From NCBI GenBank assembly GCA_021740045.1, contig JAIPAP010000003.1, positions 4,061-68,060 of the forward strand: DNA of 64,000 nucleotides, written 5' to 3'. Shown piece after piece: positions 56,289-64,000 of the stretch (position 1 is its first letter; every line of letters begins with the position of its first letter). The notes under the pieces were generated by a model. The model searched no databases and was not told the DNA's origin. It worked only from the letters and a program-made list of their open reading frames with translations. The position numbers and the translations under genes were made by a program. This DNA comes from Bacteroidales bacterium (GTDB lineage: Bacteria; Bacteroidota; Bacteroidia; Bacteroidales; JAIPAP01).

Positions 56289-57389
56289 ATGAGCTACAGC
56301 AAAGAAAAAATTATTGAAGCCCTTAGGACCGTTAACGATCCCGACCTGAAAAAAGACCTTGTGACCCTGAATATGATCAAGGATATTGAAACCGGAGGCA
56401 ATACGATAAAATTCAAAGTAGAGCTAACTACCCCGGCCTGTCCTTTGAAAGACAAAATAGAGGAAGATTGCCGCAATGCCATCCATGAAATAGTTGATCC
56501 CGGGGCTGATGTTCAAATCGAAATGACATCGCGGGTAACCACCAAGCGCAAAGAAGCCCGGCAAATGATGCAAGGTGTTAAAAACATTGTGGCCGTTGCA
56601 TCGGGGAAAGGCGGTGTAGGTAAATCCACTATTGCCGCCAATCTGGCTATTTCACTCTCGAGAAACGGGGCCAAGGTTGGTTTGCTCGACGCCGATATTT
56701 ATGGCCCCTCCATTCCCCGCATGTTCGATCTGGAGGATGCCCGCCCCTATGCTACCGAAAAAGACGGAAAGCAAATGGTGATCCCCATAGAAAAGTATGG
56801 TATACACATTCTTTCCATAGGATTTTTTGTTGACCGAAGTAAAGCTTTGATATGGCGTGGGCCAATGGCTTCCAATGCCCTTACCCAGCTATTCACCGAA
56901 GTTGATTGGGGCGAACTGGATTACCTGGTAATCGACCTGCCGCCAGGCACAGGCGACATTCACTTAACCGTAGTACAGCAGGTTCCGGTAACCGGTGCCG
57001 TGATTGTAACTACACCACAGGAAGTTGCTTTAGCTGATGCCCGCAAGGCTTTTTCCATGTTCAACCAAGAGCAGATCAAGGTTCCTGTGCTTGGATTGGT
57101 GGAAAATATGTCGTATTTCACCCCTGCCGAATTACCCGAAAACAAATACTACATCTTTGGCAAGGAAGGAGGCCGCAAGCTGGCCGAAGAATCCAATGTT
57201 TCCTTCCTGGGAGGTATACCCCTGGTGCAAAGCGTGAGAGAATCGGGTGATAATGGAAGCCCCGTAACCTTGTTTGAAAAAGAGCAGGTCGCCCAGGCAT
57301 TTGATACAGTAGCCCAAAACACCGCACGGCAAATCGCTATCGTAAATGCCAACATGGAACCTGCTGAAAAAATCGGTCACACCGAATAG
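56289..57389 (+). CDS. apbC: Fe-S cluster carrier ATPase Mrp/ApbC
   Basis: N-terminal DUF59-like domain, deviant Walker [11 protein letters not shown] and CxxC-less family-typical [10 protein letters not shown]. Confidence 0.9.
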   Translation: MSYSKEKIIEALRTVNDPDLKKDLVTLNMIKDIETGGNTIKFKVELTTPACPLKDKIEEDCRNAIHEIVDPGADVQIEMTSRVTTKRKEARQMMQGVKNIVAVASGKGGVGKSTIAANLAISLSRNGAKVGLLDADIYGPSIPRMFDLEDARPYATEKDGKQMVIPIEKYGIHILSIGFFVDRSKALIWRGPMASNALTQLFTEVDWGELDYLVIDLPPGTGDIHLTVVQQVPVTGAVIVTTPQEVALADARKAFSMFNQEQIKVPVLGLVENMSYFTPAELPENKYYIFGKEGGRKLAEESNVSFLGGIPLVQSVRESGDNGSPVTLFEKEQVAQAFDTVAQNTARQIAIVNANMEPAEKIGHTE

Positions 57390-57451
57390 GTAAAAACAAC
57401 AAATTTGTTCAAATCCAGTTATCTGAATAAACCATTTTAGGCACTATTTAT

Positions 57452-57706
57452 ATGGAAGCAAACAATAAGGAAGAAATCACAAAAAAAGTCAATAATGTTA
57501 TTGAACAAATCCGTCCCTACCTTCAGGCCGACGGTGGCGATATAAAATTTGTAGAACTCACTGAGGACAATGTAGTCAATGTAGAACTTCACGGAGCATG
57601 CGGTTCATGCCCCTTTAGCCGGATGACATTAAAAAACGGGGTTGAAGAAGCCGTTATAAAAGCCATCCCACAAGTTAAAGGTGTTGAAGAGGTTGCCCCG
57701 GCTTAG
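57452..57706 (+). CDS. NifU C-terminal-domain (Nfu-like) Fe-S assembly protein
   Basis: IRPYLQADGGDI...GACGSCP (CxxC) motif. 84 aa. Confidence 0.85.
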   Translation: MEANNKEEITKKVNNVIEQIRPYLQADGGDIKFVELTEDNVVNVELHGACGSCPFSRMTLKNGVEEAVIKAIPQVKGVEEVAPA

Positions 57707-57727
57707 CAAAATTGCATTTTTACGTTC

Positions 57728-57774
57728 AAAAAAACCGGTTAAGTACTCCTGATTGCCACTTAACCGGTTTTTTT
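57728..57774. terminator. Bidirectional intrinsic terminator
   Basis: A7-ACCGGTTAAGT-N13-ACTTAACCGGT-T7, between the convergent nfu-like gene and nadE. Confidence 0.75.
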
Positions 57775-57940
57775 ATAGGAAGGCATCTCTGTAGTTCTCC
57801 TCCCTCAAAAAATGGTATATTGCAATCGGATGAATTTTTCTACCCGAATGACAGGTCACGCGGTACTACCCGACTGCTCGGTCAGAAGGGCCACTCCAAT
57901 TAAATTCGCTCATGCAGGGTTTTCCATCGCATTAAATCCA

Positions 57941-59581
57941 TTAGGCCAGGTATTTTGCAACAATCGGCATACGCCGGCCCATGCCGAAAGCCTTTTTCGA
58001 AACCCTTAAAATAGGTGGGGTTTGGTGTCGCTTCCATTCGTTGATGTTGACCAGCTTGAGGGTTTTCTCCACAATGGCTTTATCGAAACCCATATTGATG
58101 ATCTCTGCCGGACCTTTTCGCTTTTCGATGTACTGATAAAGAATTTCATCCAGCACATCATATTCCGGCAATGAATCCTGGTCTTTCTGATCGGGGCGCA
58201 ACTCTGCCGAAGGCGCCTTGGTAATAATACTCTCCGGAATAACTACTTCCTTACGATTGATATACCGGGCCAACTCGTATACCTGTGTTTTATAAACGTC
58301 ACCCAAAACCGACAAACCCCCGCACATATCACCATAAAGGGTTCCGTAGCCCACAGCCGCTTCACTCTTATTGGAAGTATTCAGAAGAATATAGCCGAAT
58401 TTGTTGGAAAAGGCCATGAGTATTACCGCTCTTGTACGTGCCTGTATATTTTCCTCGGTCACATCAAATGGGCGGCCTTCAAAATACGGTTCGAGTGTTT
58501 GCTCAAACGATTTGTAAATATCTTTAATGCCCACCACCTTATGAGGCGAACGCAGGTTTTTAACCAATTGTTCCGAATCACTTACCGAATGACCGGTGGA
58601 ATATTGGGAAGGTAAGAGTACAGACATCACATTTTTTGTCCCTAAAGCTTTTACCGCCAGTACCAATGTAACGGCCGAATCAATGCCACCGGAGAGGCCA
58701 AGAATTGCCTTCTTAAAGCCCAGTTTTTCGAAGTAATTCCTAATCCCCATCACCAGGGCATCATGAATAAGCCCTATGGGATTCTCCTCAACCTCAAACC
58801 GGGCTTTTTCCTTTTCCACCTGGAATTCTTCGGTTTCAAAAGTAAAAACCTCTTCGGTGAAATAGGCCATTTGATGCCTGAGGGTGCCCTGGCTGTCCAT
58901 AACCATGGAACCGCCATCAAATAACAGCTCGGTTTGGGCCCCTACATGATTTACATAAACCACCGGCAAACCAAACTTCTCCACATTACGCTCCAAAATA
59001 GTACGCCTGTTTTTAAACTGGTTATAATCAAAGGGCGAAGCCGCTATGTTGATCATTAAATCGGGCTGCTGTTCCATTAACTTCTCCATAGGTGAAACCC
59101 GGTACAGGGTATCATCATCCAAATCCCACAAATCTTCGCATATGGTCAGCGCCAGCCGTAACCCTTTGTATTCGATGACGTTAAAAGTGCTATTGGCCTC
59201 AAAATAGCGGTATTCATCAAAAATATCGTAATTGGGCAAGAGCGTTTTATGAATGATTTGCTTGATTTCTCCATCGGCTAGAAAATAAGCCGAATTAAAC
59301 AGCTTTTTCCCTTTGTAGCTGGGATTTCTTGAAGGCGCACCCAATATGCATGCTATATTCCTGCATTTCCGGGCAATTTGTTCAATCTGTGCATGGGTGC
59401 GATCAATAAAATCATCGAATTCCAGGAAATCTCTTGGCGGATAACCGGTCAAAGCCAGCTCGGAAAAAATAACCAGGTCGGCTCCCTCCCGTTTGGCCAG
59501 GTTGATATGGGCGGATATATGCTTGCTGTTATTCTCAAAATCGCCAATAATATAATTTAATTGTGCCAGCGCTATCTTCAT
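57941..59581 (-). CDS. nadE: Glutamine-dependent NAD+ synthase
   Basis: 546 aa. N-terminal nitrilase-type CN hydrolase domain (FSELALTGY, ICEDLW) plus an NAD synthetase domain (GLSGGIDSAV). Confidence 0.95.
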   Translation of the reverse strand: MKIALAQLNYIIGDFENNSKHISAHINLAKREGADLVIFSELALTGYPPRDFLEFDDFIDRTHAQIEQIARKCRNIACILGAPSRNPSYKGKKLFNSAYFLADGEIKQIIHKTLLPNYDIFDEYRYFEANSTFNVIEYKGLRLALTICEDLWDLDDDTLYRVSPMEKLMEQQPDLMINIAASPFDYNQFKNRRTILERNVEKFGLPVVYVNHVGAQTELLFDGGSMVMDSQGTLRHQMAYFTEEVFTFETEEFQVEKEKARFEVEENPIGLIHDALVMGIRNYFEKLGFKKAILGLSGGIDSAVTLVLAVKALGTKNVMSVLLPSQYSTGHSVSDSEQLVKNLRSPHKVVGIKDIYKSFEQTLEPYFEGRPFDVTEENIQARTRAVILMAFSNKFGYILLNTSNKSEAAVGYGTLYGDMCGGLSVLGDVYKTQVYELARYINRKEVVIPESIITKAPSAELRPDQKDQDSLPEYDVLDEILYQYIEKRKGPAEIINMGFDKAIVEKTLKLVNINEWKRHQTPPILRVSKKAFGMGRRMPIVAKYLA

Positions 59582-59626
59582 GCTTCTGTGTTTTTACATT
59601 TAACGACAAACCGGGGGCGAAGTTCG

Positions 59627-60322
59627 TTAAAAAATAAAACCTACACTCAACCCCAATAAATTCGATATGGCATAAGCTTCCACATCGGGATGGCGCGAAT
59701 TATGCCCTTTCAATATATTGGTAAAGCCGTTGTTAAAATTTACCTCACCGGTAATTACATTGGTGCCGCTTAAGGCATATTCCACACCAAAACCAAGGAT
59801 CAGGGTTTCGTGGATGAGCCTGACATCCTCCTTTATACGCCTTTCCTCCATATAACTAATGTTATTATCGCCTTCCGGATAAAACTCATCTTTGGCTTTT
59901 GCATCGAGCATGAAGTTGGTGCCCACTCCTACACGGGCATAAAAATTCCACCGGCCAGCCGTGCTGGTTTTCATTTTAATGGTTACGGGCAACTCAATGG
60001 TTTTCAAATCATATTGCCGGTGCAGGATACCATGGGCCGTGGAGCCGTTCTGTTGCAACACGTATGGGAATTCGAGCTTACCACCCCGTTGATGGACATT
60101 AACACCAGTTGCCACAGCATAATTACGTGTTAGGTTGAATTCGGCAACAAACCCCCATGAGAAAAAGGCAGTTACGCCATTTGATTCATAATAGCGAGCA
60201 TCAGGCTTCATCCAACCCAGTTCAGGAGAAGCTTTGAAACCAAACAAAAATGGCTTGAACTGAGAAAAAGCAGGAATGGATAAAAGTATCGAAATCAGAG
60301 TTAAAAGACTTGCTTTTTTCAT
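59627..60322 (-). CDS. Outer-membrane beta-barrel protein (PorT/OprF-N-like small barrel)
   Basis: Signal peptide, alternating beta-strand pattern and a terminal aromatic residue (…GFIF). 231 aa. Confidence 0.6.
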   Translation of the reverse strand: MKKASLLTLISILLSIPAFSQFKPFLFGFKASPELGWMKPDARYYESNGVTAFFSWGFVAEFNLTRNYAVATGVNVHQRGGKLEFPYVLQQNGSTAHGILHRQYDLKTIELPVTIKMKTSTAGRWNFYARVGVGTNFMLDAKAKDEFYPEGDNNISYMEERRIKEDVRLIHETLILGFGVEYALSGTNVITGEVNFNNGFTNILKGHNSRHPDVEAYAISNLLGLSVGFIF

Positions 60323-60423
60323 AATGGTCTATTATTTGTGTATCTTGCTCACAAATTACATAAATTATTTTGAACAATGCCTAAATGTATTGTTATATTT
60401 GTAGAAACTTAAAAAAATCGGTT

Positions 60424-61044
60424 ATGAAAAAAGCACTTATTTTATTAATTGCAATGCTGGCAGGGCAGCTTGCATTCGGACAATTATCACTGGGCCCGAA
60501 AATTGGTTATACGGCTTCGAGCTTGAGCACGGATGCTGACGATATTAATGAAGACATGAAGAGTTCCCTTCATTTTGGAGCTTTTGCGCGTTTAGGCACC
60601 AAGGTCTATTTTCAACCCGAGGTTCTGTGGATGACCAAGGGAACTGAATTTGGTTTCGAGCCTAATCTTTTTCAAGGCAGTGCCGAAGTAACACAGGACG
60701 TCGATATGAAGACCATTGATGTACCCCTGCTGGTTGGGGTGAAGCTCGTCAACCTGAAAGTGACCAACATACGGGCGATGGCCGGACCGGTGGCCTCATT
60801 TGTAATGGATAAGGAAATTGAAGCCGAAGATGTCCCCGCATCATTCACCATAGAAGATAAAGACATCAACGATGCCAACTGGGGCATACAAATTGGTGCC
60901 GGCGTGGATGTATTGAAGTTCTCCCTCGACGTCCGTTACGAAATAGGCCTTAACGATATTGCCGAAGGCGACGATGACGACTTCAACTATGGCAATCTTA
61001 AGAACAATGCTTTCCTGGTGAGCTTGGGATGGGCCATTTTTTAA
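60424..61044 (+). CDS. Outer-membrane beta-barrel protein
   Basis: Start moved to ATG 60424 (signal peptide MKKALILLIAMLAGQLAFGQ). C-terminal LVSLGWAIF. Confidence 0.6.
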   Translation: MKKALILLIAMLAGQLAFGQLSLGPKIGYTASSLSTDADDINEDMKSSLHFGAFARLGTKVYFQPEVLWMTKGTEFGFEPNLFQGSAEVTQDVDMKTIDVPLLVGVKLVNLKVTNIRAMAGPVASFVMDKEIEAEDVPASFTIEDKDINDANWGIQIGAGVDVLKFSLDVRYEIGLNDIAEGDDDDFNYGNLKNNAFLVSLGWAIF

Positions 61045-61074
61045 GGTATAAAACGAAATTGACTACACATGCTT

Positions 61075-61098
61075 AAAACCCGGCCTGATCCGGGTTTT
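61075..61098 (+). terminator. Intrinsic terminator candidate
   Basis: AAAACCCGG-CCTGAT-CCGGGTTTT. Confidence 0.6.
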
Positions 61099-61166
61099 AC
61101 TTTTTGGACAATGACCTGTAATATCCTGCTGCACCTCACGTTTTTCTGATCAAAATCTCAGAATCG

Positions 61167-62168
61167 ATGAAAAATTACATTGGACTTTCTTTACTTGCTA
61201 TAGCGCTTATTATTCAGGCATGTGGGCATAAGAATGATCCGCTTAAAGAAGTGGATGTATCAGGTGTGGAAATGAAACCCGTTAGCATAAAGCGATATGA
61301 GCAGGATATCTTTTCAGTTAACCGGGAAAAACTGGTTACCGAACTAAGGGCACTGAAAAGGAAATACCCGTTTTTTCTTGCCGGCAACCTTGAGGACACG
61401 CTCAACATAATACAAATCAAGGAATACCTTAATGATTCGCTCCTAAACGAATTATATGATGATGTAAGCCAGCAATATAAAGATGTTTCGGAACTGGAGT
61501 CAACGCTCACCTCGGCCTTCAAACATATTAAATATTACTACCCCGCTTTCGAGCCGCCAAAGGTATATACCTATGTATCAGGCTTGGATTATAAACACCC
61601 GGTAATTTATGCCGACAGTGTCATGCTGATTGCACTGGATAATTATCTAGGCAGCGATTATAAAACCTACCGCAAGTTAAATCTCCCAAAGTACAGGATC
61701 CGTCGCATGCGCAAGGATTTTATACCTACCGGATGCATTAAGGAAATAGCCTTTACCTACCTGCCGGAAAACAATGATAAGACCTTGCTCGATCACATGA
61801 TCAAGGCCGGAAAAATACTTTATTTCACCGATGCGATGCTGCCAAAAATGCCCGATAGCTTAAAAATGGAATATACCCCGCAACAAATGGAATGGATCGG
61901 GAATAACGAAGGCAATATTTGGGCTTATCTCATCGAAAAAGAATTGTTATACACACGCAATAGCCAGTCCATCAATAAACTTATGGTGGATGGACCTTTT
62001 ACCAGCACCTTTTCGCAAAAGTCCCCGGCACGTATTGGTGAATGGGTAGGCTGGCAAATCGTGAAAAAATACATGCGCGGAAATGACAAGGCCACACTTT
62101 CGGAGATGATGCAAAATGACAACGCCCAGGCTATTTTAAAACGTTCGAATTATAAGCCTGAAAAGTAA
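61167..62168 (+). CDS. gldB: Lipoprotein, probable gliding-motility lipoprotein GldB
   Basis: Lipobox LIIQACG. A 333-aa protein near nadE, as at described gldB loci. The family call is from memory of GldB features, not from a search. Confidence 0.55.
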   Translation: MKNYIGLSLLAIALIIQACGHKNDPLKEVDVSGVEMKPVSIKRYEQDIFSVNREKLVTELRALKRKYPFFLAGNLEDTLNIIQIKEYLNDSLLNELYDDVSQQYKDVSELESTLTSAFKHIKYYYPAFEPPKVYTYVSGLDYKHPVIYADSVMLIALDNYLGSDYKTYRKLNLPKYRIRRMRKDFIPTGCIKEIAFTYLPENNDKTLLDHMIKAGKILYFTDAMLPKMPDSLKMEYTPQQMEWIGNNEGNIWAYLIEKELLYTRNSQSINKLMVDGPFTSTFSQKSPARIGEWVGWQIVKKYMRGNDKATLSEMMQNDNAQAILKRSNYKPEK

Positions 62169-62323
62169 GATCGCTTTTAATTTGATGGCAATGGCAGTGG
62201 GCAGGCAAAGAGAAGAAAAGCACAGGTATATAAGTATAGGAGGTAAATAGCCCAATCTTTACAAACCAGTGGTATAATACAATTTTTCTTCGTATCTTGT
62301 CGCAAAATCCAAATCCTCCCGAT

Positions 62324-63862
62324 ATGCTTGTAAAAACCTATGGCAGTACAATTATAGGGATTAACGCCATCACCATTACCGTAGAGGTTAATATTGATAT
62401 TGGAATACAATTCTTTTTGGTTGGATTGCCTGATAGCGCTGTAAAAGAAAGCCATCAGCGCATTGAAGCAGCTTTGAAAAACATCGGTTACAAGCTGCCC
62501 GGCCAAAAGATCACCATCAATATGGCTCCGGCCGACATCCGCAAAGAAGGCTCGGCCTATGACCTTACCATCGCCATAGGGATACTTGCCGCCTCGAATC
62601 AGATCAGCTCATCACGACTTGATGAGTATATCATTATGGGCGAACTATCGCTTGACGGGAGCCTGCAGCCTATTAAAGGTGCTTTACCCATCGCAATCGA
62701 AGCCCGCAACCAAGGCTTTAAAGGGTTTATCCTTCCCAGAACTAACGCCCGCGAAGCTGCTATCGTTAACAGCCTGGATGTTTATGGAGTGGATAACATT
62801 TTGGATGTGATCAACTTTTTTGATGGTAAAACCGACTTGGAAAAAGAAATTGTGGATACCCGCGAAGAATTTTACGCCAACTTGAACGAATACGAGTTTG
62901 ATTTTGCCGACGTAAAAGGGCAGGAAAATATTAAGCGCTCATTGGAGGTTGCAGCAGCTGGAGGACACAATGCAGTTTTGATAGGCCCGCCCGGATCGGG
63001 AAAGACTATGCTGGCCAAGCGCCTGCCTTCCATACTTCCACCTCTTAATCTTCATGAAGCCCTTGAAACCACCAAGATACACAGCGTTGCCGGGAAAATG
63101 TCACATGAAGCATCGCTTGTTTCCATACGGCCGTTTCGCTCGCCGCATCACACCATAAGCGATGTGGCCCTTGTCGGTGGAGGAACCAATCCTCAACCGG
63201 GTGAGATCTCACTTGCCCACAACGGTGTATTATTTATGGATGAATTACCCGAATTCAAACGAACCGTTCTGGAAGTGTTGCGGCAACCATTGGAAGACCG
63301 ATTGGTTACCATTGCCAGGGCACGGCTTAGTGTGGAGTATCCGGCCAGTTTTATGCTGGTGGCAGCCATGAATCCCTGCCCATGCGGATATTATAACCAC
63401 CCGGATAAAGAATGTGTTTGTTCCCCGGGTTTTGTGCAAAAATATCTCAACAAGATCTCAGGCCCACTTCTCGACCGCATTGATATCCATGTAGAAGTTA
63501 TCCCGGTGCCGTTTAGTGAGCTTAGTGAAGTACGAGAAGGCGAAAAAAGTGAAACCATTCGCAAACGGGTAGTGGAAGCTCGCATAATACAGGATGAGCG
63601 CTATAAAGAAAGTAAAGGTATTTATTGTAATGCACAAATGAACAGTAAACAGTTGAAGCAAATCTGCCAGATCGACAAAGCGGGCCATGCTTTATTAAAA
63701 AAGGCTATGGAACGACAAAGCCTTTCGGCCAGGGCTTATGACCGCATTTTAAAGGTATCGCGTACCATCGCTGACCTTGACTCCAGCGAGTCTATTAAAC
63801 CCGAACATCTGGCAGAGGCCATACATTATCGCAGCCTCGATAAGGAAAACTGGGGTAGATGA
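62324..63862 (+). CDS. comM: YifB/ComM family Mg-chelatase-like AAA+ ATPase
   Basis: Lon-protease-like N-terminal domain, Walker A GPPGSGKTM and LFMDELPEF. ATG 62324 is preferred over TTG 62297. Confidence 0.9.
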   Translation: MLVKTYGSTIIGINAITITVEVNIDIGIQFFLVGLPDSAVKESHQRIEAALKNIGYKLPGQKITINMAPADIRKEGSAYDLTIAIGILAASNQISSSRLDEYIIMGELSLDGSLQPIKGALPIAIEARNQGFKGFILPRTNAREAAIVNSLDVYGVDNILDVINFFDGKTDLEKEIVDTREEFYANLNEYEFDFADVKGQENIKRSLEVAAAGGHNAVLIGPPGSGKTMLAKRLPSILPPLNLHEALETTKIHSVAGKMSHEASLVSIRPFRSPHHTISDVALVGGGTNPQPGEISLAHNGVLFMDELPEFKRTVLEVLRQPLEDRLVTIARARLSVEYPASFMLVAAMNPCPCGYYNHPDKECVCSPGFVQKYLNKISGPLLDRIDIHVEVIPVPFSELSEVREGEKSETIRKRVVEARIIQDERYKESKGIYCNAQMNSKQLKQICQIDKAGHALLKKAMERQSLSARAYDRILKVSRTIADLDSSESIKPEHLAEAIHYRSLDKENWGR

Positions 63863-64000
63863 TCGTTGGCAGAAAGATAACCTTTGTTGATTTTTTGCGT
63901 TATAATTATTTGAATCATTCTGGCTTGATTTTGGGGGAGTCCAAAACAACCTGCAAAAAAAGGGCACGTGCATGAAGATGATCAATCATGGGTTACGGTA

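Overview
This is a chromosomal segment from a Bacteroidota-type genome. Supporting evidence: several proteins carry T9SS C-terminal sorting domains, gld-like genes are present, and a TTTG-N20-TAnnTTTG promoter sits upstream of rplM.

Most of the window is ordinary core genome:
- a complete dcw cell-division and cell-wall cluster, mraZ through ftsZ (6.7-21.9 kb)
- the rplM-rpsI-rpsB-tsf operon
- an acyl-CoA carboxyltransferase plus biotin-carrier pair
- an aminolipid acyltransferase pair
- hutU, tgt, ispE, kdsB, trmB, apbC, nadE and comM/yifB

The unusual part lies at 28.6-37.7 kb. Four T9SS-sorted cargo genes are interleaved with two arrays of a 552-623 bp tandem repeat, about 3.2 kb in total. 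The repeat is dense in hairpins and appears non-coding. Each array fills a convergent 3'-3' gap and ends at the same nucleotide, 15 nt from a hutU stop codon. One of those stops belongs to the intact hutU. The other belongs to a 50-codon hutU 3' relic that differs from the intact gene mostly at synonymous sites. I do not recognise the repeat as any named RNA family, IS element, MITE or CRISPR array, and it is my best candidate for something undescribed. It could be a structured RNA array, a REP/BIME-like superstructure, or a protein-binding array.

Other notable items:
- 7-nt, 8-nt and 29-nt intergenic tandem repeats at 5.4, 41.1 and 53.7 kb
- a lipoprotein gene broken at an A8 tract
- an internally deleted AAA ATPase gene
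- 10-bp-phased AAAGTGGTA boxes upstream of mraZ
- an alkyltransferase-like (Cys-to-Ala) MGMT homologue

No rRNA gene, tRNA gene, transposase, integrase or cas gene was seen.
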